This document shows, piece by piece, positions 23,939-36,111 of a stretch of 64,000 bases of DNA. This DNA is from Gnetum montanum. Taxonomy: Eukaryota > Plantae > Gnetophyta. Location: NCBI GenBank assembly GCA_015680685.1, contig MNCI01001543.1:366051-430050 (forward strand). Reading direction: 5' to 3'. A program made the position numbers and the translations under genes. The notes beneath the pieces are model-generated. The model had not been told where the DNA came from. It searched no databases and was given only the letters and a program-made list of their open reading frames with translations. Position 1 is the first letter of the stretch. Every line of letters begins with the position of its first letter.

Positions 23939-24782
23939 TGATGAGCCACGATATCAAGGCCGTGATATCATGTCTAAGATATTAGGTTTGCGATATCGAA
24001 TCCTACCAAGCGATATCGGACATCTGATATCAGGACCTATTTCATTGCCTATAAATAAGAGGCAAGCATACTTGGTTTGGCAAGTAATTCTTAGTCCCTT
24101 ACCCAAACTCTTGTAGTTTCTCCCTCTCAGATTTAGAATTATTTCTGAGTGCCTATAGTAGGAGTCATAAAGCAAATGGATCTTTATTCAAGCATTGTGT
24201 ACCTAAGCATACCTTGTGTTCGGAAATAAAGACAAACTTTGTGATAAACCTTGCAACATTTAGAATAGCTTATCTCTCACCTTTAATGCTATTTACAATT
24301 CTTTAATGCTTTCATTATTTAATTAATGTTTATTTTATTAATTTGTTAATTTTCATAAGTAAGCACACTTAGTACGACCACTTCGAGCATGTGTGGAACA
24401 CTTGGTAACCCAATAACGATTAGTGTTTGGTAATCCTAATAGTGTTGCACTGGTTCAGGATGTGTACAAAAAGTGGAATTGAATGCTAGAATTAGGACTA
24501 GTTAGGACCTAGGTGATTAGTTAATTTAAATTAGTTATTTAATCAATTCACTTATTCCCTCTTAGCACCAAGACATAAAACATAAAAATCATAAGAATCA
24601 TATACCTCAAGTTTACTTAACCATACAATCATGCCATATGAGTAAGCTTGGGAAGACAACAATCACCTAACCCATCCTTGTTCTATGAAGGCACATAAGC
24701 ACTTAGTCCTTGGAGTTCAACTGGATTGCACATAACACTCATACCCGTATGGTTGAGCATAGGGGTACCTCGCTGCTCATCA
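23939..24782 (+). repeat. 3' LTR of element C
   Basis: Direct repeat of 16673-17516, followed by TSD ATCTA. Confidence 0.95.
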
Positions 24783-24787
24783 ATCTA

Positions 24788-27100
24788 TAGCCTCACTTGA
24801 AGATTTGATTTCACAACTTATGAACTACTTGAAACTAGATATCACCATGGACAAATTGATGAATATTAAACAAGGATCCATTCAATCTATTCAAAATTTT
24901 ATCCAAAGATGGAATTCCCTACTGAATTAGATTTCTAAACCCATAGCTGAAATCCACCTTTTGGCCATCTTTAAGAGGGTGTTCAATGACTTTATCAAGT
25001 ATAAACTTTATTACCTAGACTCAAGGTCACTCAGTTAAGCCTTGTCATAAACCAAGAACATATATAATGTTGCTAAGGACAACCGTGAGCCCACCTACAT
25101 GATATAGAAAAATTAACATTCATGGGAGGAGAAGGAGAAGGGGAGGCAAAACCATGTAGCCATGGTCACTGTGGCTAAAGACAAAAAAATCACCTAGGAG
25201 GCTAAAATGAACCAACCCAAAGCCATCACAACAACTAACCAGCCATTGATATTTTGGGCATCTAAATTAAGCAACACAAGTCCTAACTTTGAGAGGAAAG
25301 ATAGGTCAAAGTACACTAGGTTACCCCTAAAATCATCTAAAATCCTTGATTAGTTGCTTAAGAGTGGGTGGATCTAGTACAAACAAATGACAGAGAATGC
25401 CCACAAGAGGCATGATCAATTATGCAAGATCACAAAGGATCCCACCCTAGCAACCAAATATGATCCATCCATACTAAAGTATTTTAAACTTGACTGATTC
25501 TACCATTATCATTAGCTACCAAGTCACAATATCGACTTTTGCATAGCCTTAAAGGATGACCTATAGAAAATGATAGATAATGAAGAGTTGGTACTTGATA
25601 GCTCTAACCTAGGTACAACATAAAACTAGTCCATGTAGTTCTAGAAGGATCCATTAAATTCTAACAATAGTCCATACACCATAGCAACATTCAATGTAAG
25701 CAACAACTTAAGACTTCCATGAGAGCTATTCATGATTTGGATACCTCCTCATAATGAATGGGGCCTTTCAACTTTGTCTAGTTTAAGGGCTCCTTTTGTT
25801 GTAAGAATACCATCACCAATGCCTTCCAAGGAACCCTTTTTGATCAAAGTGCCCCCTTCCTTTACAACCAAACCCACAATTGCAACTAAGCCAGATCCTC
25901 TTGTGGTGGCTAATGCAATGACTTCTTCACAATCCAACCATAAGAAATCACCAACTAAAAAATACAAAAATTTTGTGTTGAAGCTTAAAAGCAAAGATAA
26001 CAAGTAGGCCAAGACATGGAAGGAGGTAGTCCCACCAAAGCCCACTCCTATTTCATCCATCCCTAGGAGCTTCAATGCTTAGGTTGCTTCAACCATTCAA
26101 CCAAGAGAGAATCCCAAGTTATAAGGGAGGGGGAAAGAGGCCAAAATACACTCACTAAAATATGAAGTTTGCATCCTGGGCTGCATGGAGGAAGTCAAAA
26201 TCAACAAGAATGAGAAGCCAAAAATTAATGACAAATACTTCCTTGATGCTATGGAAGATGTTAAGTAGTCTTTGAACTAGAAGAATAGTTTGCTTAGCCT
26301 ATATGACCTTGTAATGACTTCTGTTGCTCACCATGAGGCCCTCGTAAAAATGTTAATCTTAATTCTTGTCAGTGAGTACATCCCCACTAGTGAAGAGTCC
26401 ATCCATATGGTAATGGTATGACCTTCACCAAGGGAAGAAATGAAGTCAATGACAATAGTGTTTTGTGACAGTGAAGTCAAAACCAATCCATAGGATGGTG
26501 AGACAATGAAGGCCCCTCTCTTGATAACAATAAGGATGGGGCAATATAAGGTGCATAGGGTGCATGTTGATAATGGGACAACCACCAATGGTATAGCTTA
26601 TACTATTGTTGAATGTTTGGTTCTAACAAAACACATACAACATATCTCTACTTTTGCTTTGAAATCTTTTCATAGATCTTAGGTCATAGTAAAAGGTTCA
26701 ATTTTCTTGGACTTCATAGCGGGAAAATAATTCCTCAAAACAATCAATTTCTTGGTGGTGAAAGAAATTCTAGGATTCGATCTCATCCTAGGGAGGCATT
26801 GGCTAGCTCAGTTACAAGCTGTTTCCTCATTCATCCACCAAGAAATTCACCTACATTATGAGGTATGTGAAATAATTATTCATGGTGATAGTGTGGTTTC
26901 CTTAGTAGTCAATGACATTGACGTAGAGTAAGGGTCTAAAGTAGAGTTTCAAGTAGAAACTCTTACTATCAATGACGAAGTCAAGAAGCCCAGTAGAGTG
27001 GAAGAGGCCAAAATCGACAAAATGGAACCATGGATGCACCTTGGAAAGAGCTCTACTTTAACATAGTTAGCAAAGGAAACAAGGAATACAAGATCATGAA
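24788..27100 (+). pseudogene. Element B gag 3' part and protease
   Basis: Gag resumes after the TSD; PNFERKDRSKY, decayed knuckle ~25500-25560, VHRVHVDNGTTTN, GFDLILGRHWLAQL. Confidence 0.85.
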
Positions 27101-27441
27101 ATGTTGATCATACATCTTTCCTAATCTTTTGAAGATAAGAAAACACTTGCATGATTGACATATGTTTCCTATTTGCTTACCCTATGCCCATAACCATGTA
27201 GCCTTATTTTTTACTTTCTTAGCCTAGTTTAAAGTTTATTTACAAATGTTGCCTTATGTTACCTTATTTTGCCTTTGTTCTAGCTTTATTTTGCATGTAG
27301 CCTATGATTTACCTTTTTATGCACTATCTATTTTAAAATATAAAACATAAAAAATACCATAAAAAGTTTAAAACTTAAAAAATCTATAAAAATTTTAAAA
27401 CATAAAACTTATAAAAAATTCCTTTCAATGCACAACCTACA

Positions 27442-27648
27442 AAGGCCTAAAACTAGCAAAACAATGGCCAACTAAGGCCTAAAATTGGTAAAACGATAGC
27501 TTGTTAAGCCCTAAAATTGACAACCCATGGCCTGCTAAGGCCTAAACCTGGTAACATCATGGCTTGCTAAGGCCTAAAACTCACAAAACCATGGCTTGCC
27601 AAGGCCTTAAATTGGTGGCCTACCAAAACCCTAAACTGGTGATACCAT
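27442..27648 (+). repeat. ~32-bp GGCC-rich tandem array (~6 copies) after protease in element B
   Basis: Unit approximates AAGGCCTAAAAYTGGTAAAACCATGGCYTGCT. Confidence 0.9.
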
Positions 27649-28089
27649 TGTAGCTCATTCCTTCTTTATTTTCATTTTAGCCATTATACCTTAGTCTACA
27701 TTTTTGTTTGCCCAATTAATTTACATTTTACTTTACCAATTCTTGTCTTATAACTCTATGTTTTAACCAACATGGCCTCATGACATAAGAAAAATGTAGA
27801 ACACATAGTATGCATAAAACTAAAAATGCTAGAACATATAAGCAGAATTAAAATTTTAACATAATAATAACCAAAATGTCCATAACCCAAAGCTATAGTC
27901 ACATAGTATGACAAGATTTCAATAAAAAGTAACATATAAAATAAAATAAGAGTCTAATAGACACGACTAAATTATGTGGCAATAAAATAAATTAAAATAA
28001 ATAATCTCATAACAACCAAAGACTAGAAATAGCCAGGACACCATAACATCAATAACAAAGAGCCAAAAGCATGATCAAACTGGTGGGAC

Positions 28090-29649
28090 TAAGGTACAAC
28101 TAGAGGGGGAAAAGGGGCATCTTTAATATCATAACCACTAGGGCTACTACTATCACCTAGTGCCTATACCAGTCATAACAAAAGGTTAATTAGTAATCAA
28201 CATAACTAAATCACAAACTAAATAGCCTATTAACAATTATGCACAAAAAAGATGTAGAAATTTGTATTAAGTATGGAAACTTGGTTAACAAACCTAGGAT
28301 GCATCTAGCCAACAATTAATAATTTATAGAATAGCTATGAAAATTTCAATTAAGATTAACAAAATTTCGACTAGAAATCCTAGTTTACATTGAAATTAGC
28401 TATAGTGAAAACTCTAGGAAGACTAGTTAAAACGTTTTTTGAAAAATTATAGTAGCTATTGGGAACCAAAATATAACATATAAATGACCTTAGTAACTTT
28501 TAACATCATCATAGAAATACCAAAAATAAGCCAACATTGCATGTACAAGTTGAAACTACAATTGTATAGGACAGTTCACATGCATTAAAAAATGATAAAA
28601 TTTTAGTAAATTTTTTTTCTAAGTATAAGTATTGCACATGCATGAAATTCAATAGAAATGTGATGTCAAAATTGTAATTTTAGGCCTAGAAAAAAATTAC
28701 ATGATAGCCTAAAACCACTTTGAAATTTTGTGAAAAAACCAGCTTGTAGGAAAATGGCTACAGTGAAAGCACTACAAAAATTATGAAAAATTTTTAGAAA
28801 TTTTTAAAAATAATGTGAAACCCTCCCACACAGCCCTTAGGATCCCTAAGAAGTTGGGATGTTGCTAGAAACAATTGTTTAAGTGTCAAGATTGCCACTT
28901 TTAGAGGGGTAAGCAACAAGAAAACCAAAAAATTCAATGTGCACTAGTCCACAGAAAAATTCATAAAAAATTAACTATAGGCAAAAAATCAGTTAGTCAA
29001 CTACCAATTTGACCAATAAACAACAAACAAAAACCCCATGGCCTCAGAAACCAAAAATTCCATGTCGATTTCTTGTAAAAAAAATCAAAAACTGGCATTG
29101 CTTTTTAGTAAAAAATTGTGAAAATTAGAAAGTTCACTGTGCACAGAGCTATAGAAAAAATTATAAAGAAATTAACCATAGCTCAGAAATTAGTGATTCA
29201 ACTTTCATCACAATGATTGAAACTTGTACAATAACCCTATATCCTTTAAAACAAAAAATTCTCTATCGAATTCTTACATAAAATTATGAACGTTGACCAC
29301 TTTTTGAGACATAAAACAACAAAAATGGATAGAATAGGGAAGAATAAAAAATTGATAACTTGTTATGAGTAGATCCTAAGGAAAAAAAAATAAACACTTG
29401 GCCATAATCCAAATACAACATCTAAATCATTTGAAGCCAAAATCCATTCACCCTACAAGCCTAGCCAACACAAAACACCTAGGTTTTAGGTTAGAAATTC
29501 ATAAAAATGGCTATGAAAAGGCACCTAGTAGGTATGGTAGATGAACCCTCTCTAAGAAGAGGCCATGATAGGCTTGAGATTCCCTTGGCAATAGCATTTG
29601 CCTCCTCTAGGGCTAGGTTTTTACTTGTAGATGCTCTTCTCTTGGACAT
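28090..29649 (-). pseudogene. Remnant of the antisense gene in element B: first exon (29649-29525) and last exon (28163-~28090) only
   Basis: Exon 1 MSKRRASTSKNLALEEANAIAKGISSL..EGSS is 125 nt, like E exon 1, and ends AG|GTGCC. The last exon TATAG|GCACTAGGTGATAGTAG matches E 53959 onward. Confidence 0.75.
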
Positions 29650-32633
29650 CTTGGACAAGCAATGGCAAAAATTTGCAATCCTTTTTCATCTTCCTTACAA
29701 CTACATTCCTCCTTGGTAATTTTTGGCAAAACTATGTCGAGTATGGATGAGGCTTGGATTGGAATCAATGTGGAAGCCTTAATTTTATGTGATTCCTATA
29801 GGAGATGGGTTGAGAAGATTGATTTTGGTAAAATTTGAATGTGGGAAGTATTCTCACAGTGATGTGTTGATAATCCAAGCCTCATGTCCAAAAGACCCAA
29901 AAAACTCCCACATAACTTCATTTTCATTATTGGAAAGTAGGAACTATGTTGGATTAGTGGGAAAATTAATGTCTAATAATAATTCAAATTTTTGTGGGCC
30001 CCACTAGATGCCTTCCTAATAAACTAATAAAAATCCTAGTAAACTAGGATTTAGGCCTTTCAATAAGAACTATGTTGGGATTAATTCCTGAATATGCTTT
30101 GGAATGATTTTGAAGCACCAACCATGCCTAAGACACACCCCCTAGCCACCCATCTTTACTACATTGGAGCCTAAAGAACCTCATACCAAAATTGATAAAA
30201 AAACTATTACAACTAGAAGATCTTGAACATCAAGAATGGTTAACACATACCCAAAACTAGTCATTCTTGAGAAACTACATTGGCCAAGAGCAAAACTACA
30301 CTGGCTAGTATAGTTTCATGGGGGATGGAAATTCTCAACACTATCCAAGCTTCCAGTCTACTCTATAATGAACACACTAAGCCCCAAACCCTAGTTGGGG
30401 CCTTTGGTAACTTTAGAATCTCCTAAGACCTATCAAAAAATGTCAAAATCCTTGATTCTTGAGGAACCACATTGGAGGGCACCAAAACAATGCTAGCCAG
30501 CATGGTCCTAGCATAGTTTACTAAGGTTTCTCTATCAAGAGAATCAATAGAGCCTCTAACAACCTCAAAAGTAGCAAGCCCTATCCTTTAGACCTCCTCG
30601 GAGCCTTTGATAACCTTGAGATTCCAAATAACAAAGTGAAAACAAGTTAAAACTCATCTTATCCATAACACTACACTACGGAAGTCTAAAACTACATTGG
30701 CTAGGATGGTCCTAGTGTTGTTTTTCTATGAAAACCAAATAATAGATCATTAACATGTCAGATTAACCTCTAAATGCATCATCCTAACCCTAGAACCCTA
30801 TTGAAGACTTTAGAGAGTAGTAAACCTTGGAAATTGAGTCAAAAATAGCCAAAATTCATCATCTTCTTCATAATCATGACCATGTTGGCTAGCATAGTTT
30901 TGGAAGGGGTGGCCATTTCAAAACTTCAACGACCTTTAGACTCAATAATTTAAAGCCTAAACCTTGTCTGTGAATGTTAGTAATCTTGGGAACCTAAAAA
31001 ATTAGTCGATTAACGTTCAAAACTAACCAAAAGCTAAGATTCATGTATAACTACATTAGGGTAGACTAGAGCCATGCTAGCCAACATGGTACTAGTGTAG
31101 TTTTGATTCCGAGGATAGTTTTAATTATTCCATAGCACTTTGAATGCCCTAAAACTTGATTGGAAAATTCTAGAACCTTGAAACCTAGAACTAGCTACCA
31201 TTTGGGCTTCTTTTAACCATGAAAAGACCATGTGTTATCAAACCATGTTGGGGCAATCCTAAACTATGGTAGTTAGCATAGTTTAGGGTTCAAGAATACA
31301 AACTTCATTTTTAGTGACCTATTTTGGCCTTTGAATGACTGGTCTAAAATCCTAATGCCCCTATGGTGCCTTAAGAAGCTAATGAAGAATAAATGTCAAC
31401 CCTGAGACATCACAAATCAACTTTTCCCATGAAACTTTGTTGGAACCATGTTGGCTAGCATGGTCCCAACATAATCTTTAGTCTTTAACAATATTTAGAG
31501 CTTCTAGAGGGCCAAACTAATGGTAAAGTTGATCAATCTCCACTCCCAATTCACTACATTATCAATTTAGATCATCAGGATCCTAAAAGTAGCCCTAACG
31601 AACCTTGAAACTCACATTTTATCAAGAATGATGCTAAGGTCTATCAAAACCACAATGGCCAGTGTGGTTCTAGTGTGGCTTCAAAGAGAACCTTGTTTTT
31701 GCCTCCAAAGAGCCTCAAAATGAACTTCCCAAGTGTTCAAACTTTTTCATCAATCCTATAGCCTTCCACCATGGCCTGCTAAGGTCTAAACTTAGTAGAA
31801 TGTGACCTTGATTGATCCATATTGACCATGTTTTACCATATGTTTTCAAACTTAATAGGTTTGGCCTTATTCCATTGGGTTTTACTTAATTTGACCTTGT
31901 TATACATTATTGACCTTTGTTTCCCTATCATTTGATGTCATCTGGCTTTATTTTTTATCACTTTATCATCATTTGGCATTAATTTCACTAAATGTTTCTA
32001 TCATTTGGCATCATTTGACCTTAGGTGACTTGGTTTGACATCACTTGATACCATTAGACATTATCATGACCTTGTTTAATCCTCCATAACATCATTTGAT
32101 GAGCTTTGATCATCATTTGTGCTTCATTGATCACCATTTATCATCATTTAGCTTTATTCCATGTTAGTTAGACTTTGGTTTATCTTATTTACTTGGCCTT
32201 ATTTTTTTTTATCTTTGTTAACCATGCTTTGACCTCATTTGACATCATTTGATGGTGTTTGACCATCTTTAGACCTTCATTTGGTCTTCTTATTGCTTCA
32301 TTCCATGCTATTTGGCATTTTGGTATATGTTATCTACCTTAACTCCCCTCTCATGGCCTCCATTGACCATGTTTTAACCTTGATTAACATCATTGAATGT
32401 ATTTTGATCATCATTGGACCTTCTTTTGCACTATTTAGCCTTTGTTCCATCCTATTTGCTTTGGCCTAGCTCTTATACCTTTTTTGTGGCCTTGTTTGAT
32501 CCTTGTTTGACCACTCAAGTAATGTGTTTTGGCTTATCCATGCATTATTACTCAAGTAATTTATATTATCTTAGCATTATTTGCTCATTTTATTATGCAA
32601 GTGCTACTTAATATGCTTATGGTTGATATGTAG

Positions 32634-33498
32634 GATTGGAGTATGGACACTTGGAGGCAAGTCAATTTACCTTTGAGTCTAACTAGACCTCATGGTGATG
32701 TTGAATGATTCATTGATCTCAATTACTTAGATCTTAATCTTGAGAACCTAGTTGACTACATAGCCTCAATAGAGAAAGCTTTGGAGAGGCAAAAACACAT
32801 AGTTAAGATCCTTGACCTTGAGGTTGACATCATTACCAAATACTTTCTACTTGAGTTTCTTGATTTGACATAAATTGGTAAGGAGAAAACATTGAAATTA
32901 AGTTCCTTACTAGAATCTCAATAGGCTCAAGGCATCACTAAGATCCTCTAAGACAATACTAAGGTCTTTTCTTGGTAATATGAAGATGTGCTAGGTCTTG
33001 ATCCATGCCTAGTATAACATAACATCATACTCAATCCTAGTATCAAGCCAGTTAAGAAAAATGTTCACAAGATTAGATCAAATTTAGCCTTGGTAGTTCA
33101 TGATGAAATCAAAAAATGATATCAAGTTGGTTTCATTCAAGCTATCAATTACACAAAATGGGTGTCCAACATAGTGGCAGTCCCTAAGAAAAATGAGAGT
33201 ATACATATTTGTATTGATTTCTGAGACCTAAAATAGGCAACTATCAAAGATGATTTTTCTTTGCCTAGTATTGACTAACTTATCGACTATGGATGGACAT
33301 GCCTTGTTATTCTTCATGGATGGGTTCTTGAGACACAACCAATTTAGTATTAATCCAAAACATTAACTCTATATGACATTCATGACTCCTTGGGAAATGT
33401 TTTATTATACCATAATGCTCTTTGGTCTAAAGAATGTAGGCATAACTTGTCAACAAGCCATGAGATATATCTTTAGTAATTATATGCTAGGACTACTT
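32634..33498 (+). pseudogene. Element B reverse transcriptase, N-terminal half only
   Basis: Acceptor-like TATGTAG|G at 32633; WVSNIVAVPKK, CIDF, TFMTPWEMFYYTIMLFGLKNVG. Stops just before YxDD. Confidence 0.88.
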
Positions 33499-34617
33499 GT
33501 AGCTATGGGTTTTATGTTGGCCATGGCCAAACATACACTAGAACATACGCTATGGGTTTTATGTTGGTTTTTCATGGGTTTTATGTTGGCCATGGCCAAA
33601 CATACGCTGGAACCACTTGTAGCTAGCATTGAAATTGTTGGGTTTTCATTTTTCTAGCAAGGCAAGTGAGGATCCCATAATTCCAATGTGGTTCCACAAG
33701 GCCAATGTAGTTCTAGCAAGGTCAATGAGGATTCCATGAAGCCAACAAAGTTTTTGAAGGTTAGCATATTTTGGTGAATCTAGCATAGTCTTCAAAGTTC
33801 ATTTATTATTTATAGCACTTTGGATAGTTTTGATGAACTAGGTGCATCAAACATACCAAAAATGAAAAACTATGCTAGAAATGATGGCATGTCATAGCTA
33901 CAAATCAGATCAGTTTTTCAGCAATCATGGTAGAAATTTGTACCCTGAAATCAATAATTGTATGGTTTATAAAGAAATATTTTGAACACATTGAATGGGT
34001 TTCACAAAAAACAATTCTTTAGTTTACAACTTTTACAACCTTGAGCACTTGAAACCATTGGCATTTATGAGACTTTTTTGGAGCAAATTGGCAACTAGTT
34101 GGGCATTGAAGAATCAATGTAGTTCCATAGCACCAAGAATTCAAGAAAATTATTTATCCCTCTTATCATCAATGTAGTAGATCCAAGCTAAGAACCACCA
34201 AGGAGTCTTAGCAACCAAAGTTGGGAAACACCTAGATCATAAGGGTAATTGCAAAACACAACTTGCCAACTTCAATAGGCATCAGGCTTTATTTGTGAGA
34301 CTCCTTATGCATTTAGGCACATAATTTGTATACATTTTAACTCTATTCTTGCAACAATTTTATTATTTCAATAAAATCTATAGTTCATTTTTTGTGCAAG
34401 TTATTATGAATCTATTTTGTACATTCATTCTAGTTTTAGATATGCAAATCTTTAAAATTTATTTACATTTGTTTACACATTTTAAGTATCTAGGTAATTG
34501 ACAAGACCATCCAGGATGCTTTGGATCTTCTTTCTTGGAGGTCCTTTGGATCTAAGATTAAATTGTTTCTTTGGGAACTTACAATATTTTTAGCAACCAA
34601 ATTTTTCTAGTGCAACA
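33499..34617 (+). repeat. 5'-truncated 3' LTR of element B with filler DNA at the junction
   Basis: Last ~400 bp match 14327-14724; ends TGCAACA with no PBS after it. The upstream part resembles the E LTR in reverse complement. Confidence 0.8.
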
Positions 34618-36111
34618 CCTTGCATATGAGATTGACTTGGCTTCTAAAGAGGTAGTGTCTCCACTTCTTCATTGAGAAGACTAGAGTAAGATAGTACTTC
34701 TCAACTTTAGTGTATCAAGTTTCATAGATGATCAATGTGTGGCTTAAGTAGTATACTAGCAACTCTACCCCATCATCTTATTTTTAATGGAATAGAGAGG
34801 CTATGGATGTGTCAGAGATAGCAAGGTAGATGTAAAAAGGTTTATTATTTTATCATGGATAGATCGTGGGTAGTTGTGCCAACTCTTACTTAAGGTTTTT
34901 AAAGGCTTCTTGGCATTGATCCATCCACTCATAGAAAGATCTGTTTTTAAGCAAGTGTTACATCAGTTGTAACTTATCTATAAGGATTGTCATGAACCTA
35001 TGAATAAATTGTAATATACCTTATAGTCCTTAAAGCTTCTTAAGGTTTGTTGGTGTTGCCAAGTTTGTTATGGCCTTAACCTTGTAAGGATCAACATGTA
35101 TTCCTACTTTGGACACTACACAACCAAGAATATTATCGATTTTGACACCAAAGACATACTTCTTAGGATTAAGCCTGAGTTTATATTTGAGACATCATTT
35201 TAGAACAAGGTTAAGGTCATGTGCATGGTCATCGATCATTTCAAATTTAATGGCTATGTCATCCATGTAGTTATTAAGTAACCTTAAAATGTAATCACTA
35301 AAGATAGAAGTTATGGCTCATTGATAGGTTTCACCTTTATTCTTTAGACTAAAAGACATCATGGTGTAATAAAAGGTTCCCCAAGGGATCATGAAGGTCA
35401 TACAAAGTTGATGCTCTGGGTTAATCCTAACTTGGTTTCATCTTGAGGACCCATCCATGAAGGGTAACAAGGCATGTTCGACTATATTATTAATAAGTTA
35501 GTCAATACTAGGAAAAGGGAAATCAACTTTGATAGTTTCCTTATTTAGCTCTTAGAAGTTAATACAAATATGTATTTTCCCATTTTTCTTTGGGACTACC
35601 ACTATGTTGAACACCCAATTGGCATAATCAATAGCTCAAATGAACCTATCTTGATATAGTTTCATGATCTCATCATGAAATACTAAGGCTAAATTTGGTC
35701 TAATCTTGCAAACATGTTGCTTAACTAGTTTGATACTAGGATCAAGTATGATTTTATGTTGCACTAACTATGGGTCAAGACCTAGTATATCTTCATATGA
35801 CCAGGCAAAGATCTTAATGTTGTCTTTGAGGCCCTTGGTGATGTCATGTGTCTACTGAGGTTCTAGTGAAGAACTTAATTTCAATGTTTTATTCTCATCA
35901 TTGTGTCATGACAAGAACCTCAACTAGAGAGTCTTTAGTAATGTTTCCATCCTCAAGGTCAAGGATCTTAACTAGGTGTTTAGGCCATTTGAAAGGCTTT
36001 TCTATAGAGGATATGTGATTGATTCATCTCTCAGGCTCAAGATCTAAGTAATTAAGATCAATGAATTATTAAACATCACCATAAGCACATACTCTAGTCC
36101 ATACACCAATC
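34618..36111 (-). pseudogene. Element E reverse transcriptase and partial RNase H
   Basis: Acceptor-like AATGTGCAG|G at 36112; YMDD ~35258-35270; LNPKKYVFGV; RH-like ETRYTKVEK..WRHYL (with decay) ending at the B LTR. Confidence 0.9.

Larger units (their letters stand above)
16673..24782 (+). mobile_element. Element C: Athila-like LTR retrotransposon, non-autonomous (RT and RNase H deleted), inserted in B gag
   Basis: 844-bp LTRs TGATGAG..CTCATCA at 16673-17516 and 23939-24782. Perfect TSD ATCTA (16668-16672, 24783-24787). PBS, and a G-rich PPT GTTGTGGGGG at ~23927-23936. Confidence 0.95.
14327..34617 (+). mobile_element. Element B: Tat-like retrotransposon, internally deleted, interrupted by C, closely related to E
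   Basis: 5' LTR remnant 14327-14724 matches 34222-34617. PBS 14730-14746; gag from 15472; protease VHVDNG ~26560; spacer; RT 32634-33498 fused directly to a 3' LTR fragment. Confidence 0.85.

Noticed and set aside
27442-27648. CRISPR-like array
   Set aside because: Degenerate head-to-tail units without unique spacers, eukaryotic retroelement context, no cas genes.
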